64,000 bases of DNA from Candidatus Levyibacteriota bacterium (lineage in GTDB: Bacteria; Patescibacteriota; Microgenomatia; Levybacterales; UBA12049), in contig JBBRCK010000004.1 of the NCBI GenBank assembly GCA_038205015.1, positions 4,620-68,619 of the forward strand, in the 5' to 3' direction. Positions 32,996-42,490 of this stretch are shown one piece after another. The translations under genes and the position numbers were made by a program. Within the stretch, counting starts at the first letter, position 1. Each line of letters begins with the position of its first letter. The notes beneath the pieces are model-generated. The model worked only from the letters and a program-made list of their open reading frames with translations, searched no databases and was not told the DNA's origin.

Positions 32996-33750
32996 TTAAT
33001 ATTAAAACCCAAAAAGAAATAGAAATAATGGCAACGGGAGGAAAAATTCTTTCCGATGTTTTATGGGAGCTTGGTAGAAAAGTAGGAGTTGGAGTTTCAG
33101 AATTAGAGATAGATGCTTTAGCCGAAAAGTTAATTATAGAAAAAGGCGGAGAGCCGGGATTTAAAAGGGTCCAGGGCTATAATCACACGGTATGCATTTC
33201 GGTAAATGACGTGGTTGTGCACGGAATACCGACTAATCATCAGCTTAAAGAGTCAGATATCATTGGAATCGATTGTGGAGTGTTCTACGGTGGGTTCCAT
33301 ACTGATATGTCGGAGACCTTTAGGGTTCAAAGCGACTTAAAAAATGATGCTACGGAGAAATTTCTGTTTGTTGGTAAAAAAGCATTAGAAGAAGGAATAA
33401 AACAGGTGAAATTGGGAAAACATGTCGGAGATATTTCAAAAACTATTCAAGATATTGTTGAAATTCAAGATAATTATTCGGTGGTAAGAACGTTGGTGGG
33501 GCATGGGGTTGGCCACGAACTTCATGAAGAGCCTGAAGTACCTGGATTTTTAATGGGAAAAATTGAGAAAACACCGCTTCTTAAAGAGGGAATGGTAATT
33601 GCAGTTGAAGTAATTTATAACGTGGGCGGTCCGGAGCTAAAATTAGATGATGATGGTTGGACTCTGCGGACCCGGGACGGGTCCTTGTCTGGTCTTTTTG
33701 AACGAACAATTGCTATTACAAAAGATGGTCCTTTAGTTCTTACGCCATAA
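32992..33750 (+). CDS. map: Methionine aminopeptidase type I
   Basis: CISVNDVVVHGIP, GHGVGHELHEEP. Confidence 0.96.
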   Translation: MINIKTQKEIEIMATGGKILSDVLWELGRKVGVGVSELEIDALAEKLIIEKGGEPGFKRVQGYNHTVCISVNDVVVHGIPTNHQLKESDIIGIDCGVFYGGFHTDMSETFRVQSDLKNDATEKFLFVGKKALEEGIKQVKLGKHVGDISKTIQDIVEIQDNYSVVRTLVGHGVGHELHEEPEVPGFLMGKIEKTPLLKEGMVIAVEVIYNVGGPELKLDDDGWTLRTRDGSLSGLFERTIAITKDGPLVLTP

Positions 33751-33832
33751 TTGCTCTTTTGAGTTCGATTTGCTATAATTATTGGAAGAAATTCTAAATT
33801 CCATAGATTTTTGGATTTAGAATTTTAATTTT
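33751..33832 (+). promoter_or_regulatory. infA promoter and AT-rich leader hairpin
   Basis: TTGCTC-N17-TATAAT; inverted repeat AAATTCTAAATTCCA / TGGATTTAGAATTT. Confidence 0.5.
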
Positions 33833-34051
33833 ATGGCTCATCAGGGTTCAATAGAAATGGAAGGGATTGTAAGAGAGTCTTTGCCCAACACTTTATTTAG
33901 AGTTGAGCTTGAGAACGGTCAATTAGTTCTTTGTCATTTATCGGGAAAAATGAGGATGAATTTTATAAAAATTCTTCCAGGAGATAAAGTAAGAGTAGAA
34001 ATGACGCCTTACGATAAAGAAAAAGGTAGGATAATTTTTAGAATTAAATAG
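33833..34051 (+). CDS. infA: Translation initiation factor IF-1
   Basis: [27 protein letters not shown]. Confidence 0.98.
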   Translation: MAHQGSIEMEGIVRESLPNTLFRVELENGQLVLCHLSGKMRMNFIKILPGDKVRVEMTPYDKEKGRIIFRIK

Positions 34052-34052
34052 T

Positions 34053-34166
34053 ATGAAAGTACAAGCAAGCGTTAAACCAAGATGTGTTAAATGTAAAGTA
34101 ATAAAAAGAAGAGGCGTGCTTAGAGTTACATGCGATAATCCAAGACATAAGCAGAGGCAAGGTTAA
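34053..34166 (+). CDS. rpmJ: 50S ribosomal protein L36 (not in ORF track)
   Basis: [37 protein letters not shown]. Confidence 0.98.
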   Translation: MKVQASVKPRCVKCKVIKRRGVLRVTCDNPRHKQRQG

Positions 34167-34169
34167 TCT

Positions 34170-34565
34170 ATGAGAATTTCAGGAGTTAATTTACCAGACG
34201 AAAAAAGAGTAGACATAGGACTTACCTATTTATTTGGTGTAGGCAGAAACAACGCTTATGATATTTTAAAGAAAGCAGAAGTTGACGCTTCAAAAAGGAT
34301 GAAAGCTTTAACCGACGAGGAATTACAAAGGCTTCAAAGAGTTTTAGAAACATATAAGATTGAAGGAGATCTTCGGGTTGAAATTCAAGGTAATATCAAA
34401 AGACTTAAAGAAATCGGTTCCTACAGGGGTACAAGGCATAGTAAGAGCCTGCCATCCAGAGGACAAAGAACAAAATCAAATGCCAGAACAAAAAGAGGTA
34501 AGAGAGTAACAATTGGAGCCATTAAGAAAGAAGTAGCGGCAAAAATGGGAATAACAACAACATAG
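34170..34565 (+). CDS. rpsM: 30S ribosomal protein S13
   Basis: [22 protein letters not shown]. Confidence 0.98.
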   Translation: MRISGVNLPDEKRVDIGLTYLFGVGRNNAYDILKKAEVDASKRMKALTDEELQRLQRVLETYKIEGDLRVEIQGNIKRLKEIGSYRGTRHSKSLPSRGQRTKSNARTKRGKRVTIGAIKKEVAAKMGITTT

Positions 34566-34566
34566 T

Positions 34567-34971
34567 ATGGCAAAAAAAGAAATAAAATCAGCAAAAGCAA
34601 AAGCAAAAAAATCTACCCTTAAAATTTCGGAAAAAGGCAGAGCTTATGTTGCTTCAACATTTAATAACACTTTAGTAACAATCACTAACGAGAAAGGTGA
34701 AACAGTTGCCTGGTCAAGTGCCGGAGCATCGGGTTTTAAGGGAACAAGAAAATCAACACCTTTTGCAGCGACAACAGCCATGGAAACAGTTGCTAAAAAA
34801 GCTTTGGATAAAGGAATAAGAAGTGTCGACGTTTTTATTAAAGGGCCTGGTGCGGGAAGAGATGCAGCTTTGAGAGCAATTAAATCGGCAGGGCTATCGA
34901 TTTTAATGATTGCGGATGTTACGCCTATTCCGCATAACGGACCAAGAGCGTCGAAAAAGAGGAGAATATAA
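34567..34971 (+). CDS. rpsK: 30S ribosomal protein S11
   Basis: [22 protein letters not shown]. Confidence 0.98.
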   Translation: MAKKEIKSAKAKAKKSTLKISEKGRAYVASTFNNTLVTITNEKGETVAWSSAGASGFKGTRKSTPFAATTAMETVAKKALDKGIRSVDVFIKGPGAGRDAALRAIKSAGLSILMIADVTPIPHNGPRASKKRRI

Positions 34972-35573
34972 TGGCTAGATATACAGGACCAAAACATAGA
35001 TTATTAAGAAAAGAAGGGGTTAATCTTTTAGATAAAACTTCACAAAGTTTAATTAGAAGGCTAAATATTCCTCCGGGAATTCATGGCAAAAAAAGAAAAA
35101 AGAGGTTATCGGAATTTGGTCTTCAGTTAAGAGAAAAGCAAAAAGCAAAAACAACCTACGGACTTTTAGAAAAACAGTTTAAAAAGATTGTCCAAACAGT
35201 ACAGGGTAAAAAAGGTGATACTAAGGAATTAATTATCTCCCTATTGGAGACAAGATTAGATAATGTTGTCTATAGACTTGGATTTGCCAAAACAAGATAT
35301 ATGTCAAGACAAATGGTTTCTCATGGTCATGTTTTGGTTAACGGTAAAAAATTAAATATTCCATCTTATCAGGTAAAAGTTAATGACGTAATTTCTCTTT
35401 CACCAAAAATGCAAAAAAATCCAAAAATTGTAGAGTTGATGGAAGAAAAGGGCAATATATTAGACTTTTTAAAGATTCAGGGAATGTCAGGAAAGCTTGA
35501 AAGGATGCCCAAAAAGGATGATGTGCAGGTTCCATTTGATTTGCAGTTGATTGTTGAATATTATTCCAGGTAA
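34971..35573 (+). CDS. rpsD: 30S ribosomal protein S4
   Basis: MARYTGP, LETRLDNVVYRLG, IVEYYSR. Confidence 0.98.
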   Translation: MARYTGPKHRLLRKEGVNLLDKTSQSLIRRLNIPPGIHGKKRKKRLSEFGLQLREKQKAKTTYGLLEKQFKKIVQTVQGKKGDTKELIISLLETRLDNVVYRLGFAKTRYMSRQMVSHGHVLVNGKKLNIPSYQVKVNDVISLSPKMQKNPKIVELMEEKGNILDFLKIQGMSGKLERMPKKDDVQVPFDLQLIVEYYSR

Positions 35574-35590
35574 TGGTAAAATAGTAAACT

Positions 35591-36520
35591 ATGGTTGAAC
35601 CAACATTTAAAATTAAAGAAGAAAAAGTAACGGATGAATACGGTGAGTTTGTGATAGAGCCGTTAGAGCCCGGCTACGGACACACTTTAGGAAATGCTTT
35701 AAGAAGAGTTCTTTTGGTATCTATTCCAGGAGCAGCGGTAACTTCAGTAAAAATCTCAGGAGCTAAGCACAAATTTTCTACAATCCCAGGGCTTAAAGAA
35801 AATTTGGTTGACCTTTTATTAAATATAAAAGGATTAAATTTTAGATTATTAGATTCAAAAGCACAAAGTATAGTAAAACTTTCCGTAAAAGGTCCTAAGG
35901 AAATAACCGCAAAAGATTTAGAGCTTCCGGAAGATGTAGAAGTAGTTAACAAAGATCATTACATCGGATCATTAAATGATAAAAAAGCAAAATTAGATAT
36001 TGAATTTACAGTAGAAAGAGGAATGGGATACTCATTGGCAGATGAAAGAAAAATCTCAACCTTGGGAGTTATTCCAACCGATGCTGTTTATACACCAATA
36101 AGAAGAGTAAATTATGAAGTTTCTGCAACTAGAGTTGGAAGACAAACAAACCTAGATAAATTAACTCTTCAGGTTTGGACAAATGGAGTAGTTAAGCCAA
36201 AAGATGCATTAGAGGATGCAGCAAGAATCTTGTCAGCTTATTTTTTCCAAGTTTTCGAACCGAAAGCTTCGGCTACAGCTTCAGCTGATTCACAAGTTTC
36301 GTATACCGGAGTTTCCGAAGCATCGCTTAGAATGACAATTGATGAATTGGACTTACCTACAAGAATTTATAACAGCTTAAGAAACGGTGGAATTGAGACA
36401 ATCGGTCAGCTTTTGGAAGCTCCAAGAAAAGAATTAATTTCAATGAGAAACATGGGCGGAAAATCAATTGGAGTAATAGAAGAAAAATTAAAAGAAAAAG
36501 GAATTAGTCTTCAAAGCTAA
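35591..36520 (+). CDS. rpoA: RNA polymerase alpha subunit
   Basis: EPLEPGYGHTLGNALRRVLL; alpha-CTD present. Confidence 0.99.
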   Translation: MVEPTFKIKEEKVTDEYGEFVIEPLEPGYGHTLGNALRRVLLVSIPGAAVTSVKISGAKHKFSTIPGLKENLVDLLLNIKGLNFRLLDSKAQSIVKLSVKGPKEITAKDLELPEDVEVVNKDHYIGSLNDKKAKLDIEFTVERGMGYSLADERKISTLGVIPTDAVYTPIRRVNYEVSATRVGRQTNLDKLTLQVWTNGVVKPKDALEDAARILSAYFFQVFEPKASATASADSQVSYTGVSEASLRMTIDELDLPTRIYNSLRNGGIETIGQLLEAPRKELISMRNMGGKSIGVIEEKLKEKGISLQS

Positions 36521-36531
36521 ATACCCTTGGT

Positions 36532-36598
36532 CAAATCTCAAAATCTTAGATCTCAAATGTTAAAAATTAAGAATTAATTTTGAGATTTAAGATTTTTT
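36532..36598. repeat. AT-rich inverted repeat built from ~7-nt units
   Basis: AAAATCTTAGATCTCAAA (36540-36557) pairs with TTTGAGATTTAAGATTTT (36579-36596). Confidence 0.65.
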
Positions 36599-36603
36599 AG
36601 TTT

Positions 36604-37083
36604 ATGAAAAAGAAAGTTTTTGGCAGAAAATTTAAGAGAGATAAAAACGAAAGAACGGCTTTGTTTAAAGGTCTAATGTCAGCTTTGGTTTTAAATGAGA
36701 GAATTAAAACAACCGAAGAAAAAGCAAAGGCAATTAGGCCGCAAATTGAAAAACTTATCACTAAGGCAAAAAATGGCGAGAATTCTGCAAGGATAGTTTT
36801 AGAAAAAAATTTAAACAAAGAAGCTTTCAATAAAATTATAAAAGAAATAGCCCCAAGATTTACCAAAAGACAGGGTGGATATACAAGAATAATTAAATTG
36901 GGAGAAAGACTTGGGGATGACGCAAAAGTAGTTATAATGGAATGGACAGAAAGCGCCATAATTGTTCCGGTTCAAGAAAAGGCCAAGCCAAAAGTAAAAA
37001 AAGCGGAAAAAGAAAAACCAGCCGTTAAGAAAAAAGAAGTTAAGAAAAAGGTTGTTAAAAAAGAAAATAAGAAAGCAAAATAA
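36604..37083 (+). CDS. rplQ: 50S ribosomal protein L17 with Lys-rich tail
   Basis: IKTTEEKAK, GGYTRIIK. Confidence 0.97.
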   Translation: MKKKVFGRKFKRDKNERTALFKGLMSALVLNERIKTTEEKAKAIRPQIEKLITKAKNGENSARIVLEKNLNKEAFNKIIKEIAPRFTKRQGGYTRIIKLGERLGDDAKVVIMEWTESAIIVPVQEKAKPKVKKAEKEKPAVKKKEVKKKVVKKENKKAK

Positions 37084-37085
37084 TT

Positions 37086-37505
37086 ATGAAACAAACTAAA
37101 TCTACGAAAATAAATGAAGTTCAAAGACAATGGCATTTTGTTGACGTAAAAAATAAAATCTTAGGAAGGAGTGCATCTGACATTGCGCTCCTTTTAATGG
37201 GTAAAAATAAATCAAATTTTGTAAGAAATTTAGACTTGGGAGATTTTGTGGTTGTAGTTAATGCAAAAGAAGTAAAAGTTACCGGAAACAAAGCAAATTT
37301 AAAAAAATATTACAGACACTCAGGTTATCCGGGTGGACTTACAATAGAATCGTATAAAGAGTTACACGAAAAAAATCCTAACGAAATAATTAGGCATGCT
37401 GTGGCTGGCATGTTGCCTCAGAACAAATTAAAAGCTAAAATGTTAAAAAGACTTTATATCTTTCCAGGCGAAGAGCATAAATATAAGGATAAATTTAATA
37501 AATAA
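37086..37505 (+). CDS. rplM: 50S ribosomal protein L13
   Basis: GDFVVVVNA, HSGYPGG, GMLP. Confidence 0.98.
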   Translation: MKQTKSTKINEVQRQWHFVDVKNKILGRSASDIALLLMGKNKSNFVRNLDLGDFVVVVNAKEVKVTGNKANLKKYYRHSGYPGGLTIESYKELHEKNPNEIIRHAVAGMLPQNKLKAKMLKRLYIFPGEEHKYKDKFNK

Positions 37506-37508
37506 AAT

Positions 37509-37949
37509 ATGATAGATAAAAAAAATTATAAATTTGCAGTCGGAAGAAGAAAAGAAGCAGTTGCAAGGATTAGATTATACGAAGATTTAAAAGAGAATAT
37601 TCTAATTGGGGAAACCCCTTTAAAAAAGGGCGATATTATTGTCAATAATAAAAAAGCCGATGATTATTTTAGAGGCTTAACTTCAAAGGTCAGATACGAA
37701 GAGGCTCTAAAAATAACCAATAATTTAGATAAATATACCATTACCGCAAAAATAGAGGGCGGCGGACAAAAAAGTCAGTTGGAGGCTTTTATTCATGCAT
37801 TATCCAGAACTCTTTCAACAATTGACGATAAAAATAAGCAGATTCTAAAGAAAAAAGGATTTTTAACAAGAGATGCAAGAGTTAGGGAAAGACGAAAAGT
37901 TGGAATGGGTGGAAAAGCAAGAAGAAAGAGACAATCTCCGAAGAGGTAA
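37509..37949 (+). CDS. rpsI: 30S ribosomal protein S9
   Basis: GRRKEAVAR, LTRDARVRERRK, QSPKR. Confidence 0.97.
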   Translation: MIDKKNYKFAVGRRKEAVARIRLYEDLKENILIGETPLKKGDIIVNNKKADDYFRGLTSKVRYEEALKITNNLDKYTITAKIEGGGQKSQLEAFIHALSRTLSTIDDKNKQILKKKGFLTRDARVRERRKVGMGGKARRKRQSPKR

Positions 37950-38005
37950 TCCTCATTATTATTAATAGTGTTTGTGTGATATCCCAAAGCGTTAAATTGT
38001 GGTTT

Positions 38006-38551
38006 TTACAGGAGTCCTTTTTCTATCATTACTTTTATCCAAGGAGCTAGGGTATCGTAAACTTTGCCTTTTTTATCTTTTAATTCCTTTTTTGATATCA
38101 AAGAAAAGCCATAGGCAAAATCATAATTTGGTGTTGGTAGTTTTCTAACCTCAGTAATTAATATTTCACAAACTTCGTGTTCGGTATAGATACTGTATTT
38201 ATCTTTTGCTTTGTAATAAACAGCTCCCTCATTTTTTGGTACACCCGTGAGATCTTTTTTTTCTAAGTTCCATTCTCTTTTTAGGCATTGGTAGGTTGCT
38301 TCAAGAGTAGTTTGTAGTATCCCATCAATATATAGCTGATGAGAGGAAGATGTAATATCAAAAACTCCATCAAACGCAACATGTTTTCTGTGTTGTAAAA
38401 TATAATGCCCCTTATAAATAAGTGCAACGCTTAAGGCCTTATGGAGAACACCTTTTTTATGAGCTTCCCATTTTTCGATTTTTCCAATTATATTGCCCTT
38501 TCGGTCAACTTTGGCAATCATTTGTTTTTGTTTATAATAACTATTAATCAT
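38006..38551 (-). CDS. idi: Type 1 isopentenyl-diphosphate isomerase-like NUDIX protein
   Basis: EKWEAH..GVLHKALSV, SSH, EHE and APW motifs; isoprenoid gene context. Confidence 0.75.
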   Translation of the reverse strand: MINSYYKQKQMIAKVDRKGNIIGKIEKWEAHKKGVLHKALSVALIYKGHYILQHRKHVAFDGVFDITSSSHQLYIDGILQTTLEATYQCLKREWNLEKKDLTGVPKNEGAVYYKAKDKYSIYTEHEVCEILITEVRKLPTPNYDFAYGFSLISKKELKDKKGKVYDTLAPWIKVMIEKGLL

Positions 38552-39554
38552 TTTTATTTTCGTATCTTCGTATTAAAGCACTTAATTGCTTATTTGGCAA
38601 CTTAAACATACGATATCGTTCTTTTACTGTTTGGGGCAAATCTATAACGGGAATACCTAACATTCTAAAAGGAATTAGTACTCTTTGGGTAAATTCCTCT
38701 GGAACAGATGCTGCTGCCGATACGCCAACCGTTCTAACATTTGGAGTAAACCACGACCAATCAATTTCTTCCGGACCATTTACCAATGCAGAAGGAATAT
38801 CTCTTTCTTCACCGATATGCTTTATTCCTCTTGCGTTATTACTGCTTTGATCACCAACCACCAACCAAAAATCTGCTTTTGCTATCAAATCCTTTCCGGC
38901 TGTAAATCTATTTCTTAGCGCATAGCATGAGCGGGCACCGGATGAGTCTATGTTTGGATTAATTGCCTCAAGCTCAGCAATTCTTGTATCGGTAATATCG
39001 GGGTCATTAGTTGTTTTTGCAAAAATTCTTGTACCGTTTGGTATTTGGGTATCTGCAGGTATTGGTTTAGATGGGTCAAAAATTGTAAGCATATCAGGTT
39101 CAACTTGTCCCTTTATTCCTCTTGTTTCGGGGTGGTTCTCTTCACCTAAAAAAATACTTGGAATTTCTTTGGCTGCCGCTTTTTTAATTTCCATTTGTCC
39201 ATCAAGTACAATAGAGCAAGAAGTATCAATTGCAAAAATGCCTCTCTCCCAAGCTTCTTGAAAAACTTCTGGTGCTGCTCCGTGAGCTGAAATAATTAAT
39301 ACTGCACCATCAGGAACTCTAGAGATATTACCGTTAGCATTTTTAAGTCGTTGACCGTATTTTTCAAAAGCAGGGGGATAATTTACGGGTGTATTTGTAG
39401 TCCAAACATCAACATCGGGTGGTACGATTCCCATAATTTGCTCAACTGCGGCAAGACTCATTTCGACACCGCCACAAGTACCTCTATTTCCGGCAACAAG
39501 CACTTCTTCTATAGCAAGAGATGCTTGTGGATTATAATTAAATTCCACGCTCAT
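38544..39554 (-). CDS. ispH: HMBPP reductase IspH/LytB (divergent)
   Basis: RGTCGGV, SAHG, IDTSC, HPE, CYALRNR, VVGDQSSN; three Fe-S Cys present. Confidence 0.88.
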   Translation of the reverse strand: MSVEFNYNPQASLAIEEVLVAGNRGTCGGVEMSLAAVEQIMGIVPPDVDVWTTNTPVNYPPAFEKYGQRLKNANGNISRVPDGAVLIISAHGAAPEVFQEAWERGIFAIDTSCSIVLDGQMEIKKAAAKEIPSIFLGEENHPETRGIKGQVEPDMLTIFDPSKPIPADTQIPNGTRIFAKTTNDPDITDTRIAELEAINPNIDSSGARSCYALRNRFTAGKDLIAKADFWLVVGDQSSNNARGIKHIGEERDIPSALVNGPEEIDWSWFTPNVRTVGVSAAASVPEEFTQRVLIPFRMLGIPVIDLPQTVKERYRMFKLPNKQLSALIRRYENKND

Positions 39555-39593
39555 ATTATAGGGGATTATTATATCAAAGGAGGAGGCTAATAG

Positions 39594-40658
39594 CTAACTT
39601 TGACGAGCCTGCATTATTTTTACCAAATCAAAGCAAATATTTTTATATTCCTGTTCCAAACTGGAGTTAGAAATTATGATTTTTGCATCTTCTAGGTTTT
39701 GTAAAATTATTTTCTTGCCTTCTTCAATTGCTCCGGAGTCTTTAAAAATATTTATAAGTTCTTCTTGTTCTTCTTTAGTTAATTCTTTGCCAAAATAGTT
39801 TGAAAGCTTATCACTTTGATCTCTTGTACCCTTTTTTAGAACATAATAGATAAAAAATGTGTGCTGGTGGTCTGCAATATCCCGCAAAATACTTTTTTCT
39901 AAAACTTTTGGATCTCCAATAATATCTAAAAGGTCATCTTGCATTTGAAATGCTACTCCAAGTTTGGTTCCAAGACTCTCGCAGAAATCATCAACGTTTT
40001 CTTGGTAGTTTGCAAGACTTGCGCCAATTTGCATTGGTCTTACAAAAGTATATCGTGATGTTTTTAGTCGCGTCTTCTCTTCTATTAAATTTAAATCTGC
40101 GCTTTCTCTGGTAGTGATATCAATATCAATCATTTGTCCTAAAACAACCTCGTCGGCCATTTTATAAAAATAGTCGTGTGCTTTTTCTAGATTCTCCTTT
40201 GGGAAATTATTATTATCTAGAAAAATTTCCATTGCCCACGAGAAATATAAATCTCCAACTAAAATTCCCTGTGCTCTAGAAACATTTTCAATATCACTTA
40301 CTCTTTTTTGTTGATTTAGTTTTTCAAGAACAAAAGCGTGAAGAGTTTGTATTCCATGTCTGGTATCTGCCTTATCCATAATGTCATCATGCATTAAGGC
40401 AAATGTATGAAAAATTTCAAGCGAGATAAAAAGCTTTATTGCTTTCTCAATATCTTTTCCACCCATGGCAGAATACATTACATAGGCAATATAGGGTCTT
40501 ACTCTTTTACCTCCGGCAAGCGCCAGTTTTTTAGAATACAAAATAAAATCTTTAATAAATGGATCAGAAGTTTTTTCTAAAAATTCATTAATTCTTTTAT
40601 CCAAGAATTCTTCAAGAATGGGATCAAAAATAGCCTTAAATTCTTTTAATGAATACAT
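39594..40658 (-). CDS. Polyprenyl diphosphate synthase (probably short-chain FPP/GGPP)
   Basis: GGKRVRP, FALMHDDIMD, QMQDDLLD; start moved to MYSLKEF because the longer ORF runs into the tRNA. Confidence 0.93.
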   Translation of the reverse strand: MYSLKEFKAIFDPILEEFLDKRINEFLEKTSDPFIKDFILYSKKLALAGGKRVRPYIAYVMYSAMGGKDIEKAIKLFISLEIFHTFALMHDDIMDKADTRHGIQTLHAFVLEKLNQQKRVSDIENVSRAQGILVGDLYFSWAMEIFLDNNNFPKENLEKAHDYFYKMADEVVLGQMIDIDITTRESADLNLIEEKTRLKTSRYTFVRPMQIGASLANYQENVDDFCESLGTKLGVAFQMQDDLLDIIGDPKVLEKSILRDIADHQHTFFIYYVLKKGTRDQSDKLSNYFGKELTKEEQEELINIFKDSGAIEEGKKIILQNLEDAKIIISNSSLEQEYKNICFDLVKIMQARQS

Positions 40659-40667
40659 ATTTTTAAG

Positions 40668-40738
40668 TCGGGGTGCCAAGAATTGAACTTGGCCCACACG
40701 CACCCCATGCGCGCATTCTACCGATAAACTACACCCCG
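40668..40738 (-). tRNA. tRNA-Pro(GGG), CCA not encoded
   Basis: Acceptor CGGGGTG/CACCCCG, anticodon arm CGCGC-ATGGGGT-GCGTG, T arm CCAAG-TTCAATT-CTTGG. Confidence 0.93.
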
Positions 40739-40809
40739 ATTGAATATCTTGTATTTTAACATAAAATTGACCACTTGAAATCGTTCTTAAAAATTACTAG
40801 AATGGCTCT

Positions 40810-41892
40810 ATGGCAAAAGCAAAAGATTCAGAAAAAGCACCAGTAGTTAATCATGCAGAAATCTCTCAAAAATTGCAGGCAGTAAATCTTGCGATGGAGC
40901 AAATTGAAAAACAGTATGGCCGCGGTTCAATTATGAGGTTTGGAGAAATTGGACAAAAGTTGGATATTTCAGTTATCTCTACAGGCTGCTTACCCTTAGA
41001 CCTGGCACTAGGAGTAGGTGGAGTGCCAAGAGGCAGAATTATCGAAATTTATGGTCCGGAAGCTTCTGGAAAAACTACAATTTGTTTATCAATTATTGCT
41101 CAGGCGCAAAAGCATAATGGCGTCGCAGCGTTTATAGATGCCGAGCATGCGCTTGATCCATTATGGGCAGAACGCTTAGGAGTTAAGTTAGATGAACTTT
41201 TAATTTCTCAGCCGGATACCGGCGAACAAGCTTTAGAAATTGCAGAAAGTTTAATTCGTTCGGGCGGAGTTGATGTATTAGTTATCGATTCCGTGGCTGC
41301 TTTAGTGCCACGTGCAGAAATAGAAGGAGAAATGGGAGATGCGGTAATGGGTTTGCAAGCAAGGTTAATGTCGCAAGCTTTAAGGAAACTTACGGCCGTA
41401 ATTTCTAAATCAAAAACAGTTGTTATTTTTACAAATCAATTAAGACAAAAAATCGGAGTAATGTTTGGAAATCCTGAAACAACAACCGGCGGTCTTGCTT
41501 TAAAGTTTTATGCAACCATAAGAATGGACGTAAGAAAAATAGAAAGCTTAAAAGATGGAGATAAGGTTATAGGTTCAAGGCATCGAGTAAAAGTTGTTAA
41601 GAATAAAGTCTCTTCTCCATTTAGGATTGCTGAGTTTGATGTAATGGGAGATACTGGAGTTTCAAGAGAAGGTGGAATAATGGATGTAGGAGTTGATATG
41701 AATATAATTCAAAAATCGGGAGCATTTTTTAGATACGGTGAATTAATGCTTGGCCAAGGTAAGCAAGCGGCAATAGAATTCTTAAGAGAAAAACCAGATA
41801 TGGCAAAAAAAATCGTTGATGAAATAATGCTTAAAAGTAAAACCTCAAAAACTCCGGTTGAAGTTGGAGTAGAAACACAACCGAAAGAATAG
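40810..41892 (+). CDS. recA: Recombinase RecA
   Basis: [31 protein letters not shown]. Confidence 0.99.
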   Translation: MAKAKDSEKAPVVNHAEISQKLQAVNLAMEQIEKQYGRGSIMRFGEIGQKLDISVISTGCLPLDLALGVGGVPRGRIIEIYGPEASGKTTICLSIIAQAQKHNGVAAFIDAEHALDPLWAERLGVKLDELLISQPDTGEQALEIAESLIRSGGVDVLVIDSVAALVPRAEIEGEMGDAVMGLQARLMSQALRKLTAVISKSKTVVIFTNQLRQKIGVMFGNPETTTGGLALKFYATIRMDVRKIESLKDGDKVIGSRHRVKVVKNKVSSPFRIAEFDVMGDTGVSREGGIMDVGVDMNIIQKSGAFFRYGELMLGQGKQAAIEFLREKPDMAKKIVDEIMLKSKTSKTPVEVGVETQPKE

Positions 41893-41900
41893 TTTTCTAA

Positions 41901-42383
41901 ATGGATAATTTTGAAAAATTCCTCAACAGAACATACAATTTTTTGTCATTTAGGCCAAGAAGCGAAAAAGAAATCAAAGATTACCTCGTTAAAAAGAAAG
42001 TTGACGATTTAACCATTAACAGAATTATAGAAAGTCTTAAGAACAGCAAATTTTTAGACGATAAAGAATTTGTTAAATGGTGGGTCGAACAAAGAAGCAA
42101 AGTAAGACCTAAATCAATGCGGTTTATTAAAATGGAATTAAAGCAAAAGGGAATTGGAAAAGAGTTGGTAGAAGAAGTTTTGGAAGATAAAGATTTTGAA
42201 ACAATTTCTGATTTGGATAAGGCTTTAGATTTAGCCCAAAAAAGACTTAAACGCTATCAAAATGAGGAGCCTAAAAAAGCTTGGGAAAAAATGGCAAGAT
42301 TTCTAGCATCTAAGGGATTTGATTTTGATATTATTAAAAAAGTTGTTGACCAGGTTTTGCGTAAAGAGTATAATGATAATTAG
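41901..42383 (+). CDS. recX: Regulatory protein RecX
   Basis: LSFRPRSEKEI, FLDDKEF, ELKQKGI, FLASKGF; follows recA. Confidence 0.93.
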   Translation: MDNFEKFLNRTYNFLSFRPRSEKEIKDYLVKKKVDDLTINRIIESLKNSKFLDDKEFVKWWVEQRSKVRPKSMRFIKMELKQKGIGKELVEEVLEDKDFETISDLDKALDLAQKRLKRYQNEEPKKAWEKMARFLASKGFDFDIIKKVVDQVLRKEYNDN

Positions 42384-42470
42384 ATAAAAAGAAGGATTTA
42401 TGAAGTATTTCATGATAATATCCAAAGCTTTCTTAAGAACCAATTAATTTTGGTTTCCTCTTTTTATCTA
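42381..42470 (+). promoter_or_regulatory. Candidate structured 5' UTR RNA of rny
   Basis: Promoter TTGACC-N17-TATAAT (42346-42374); closing stem TAGATAAAAAGA/TCTTTTTATCTA enclosing inner hairpins. Confidence 0.55.
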
Positions 42471-42490
42471 TAATTTCAAATTAAACTAAT

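Noticed and set aside
40659-40703. N-terminal extension of the polyprenyl synthase in the ORF track
   Set aside because: Overlaps tRNA-Pro; ATG at 40658 is the plausible start. ORF-track starts for rpsL, tuf, rplC, rpsS, rplE, rplF and rpsE were likewise shortened.
40668-40738. tRNA as prophage or island attachment site
   Set aside because: No duplicated tRNA 3' end or integrase visible in the window
40745-40809. LexA box upstream of recA
   Set aside because: No convincing palindrome or direct repeat could be identified by eye
7242-41892. Inteins or introns in rpoB, rpoC or recA
   Set aside because: Frames are continuous, lengths are ordinary and no splicing motifs were seen
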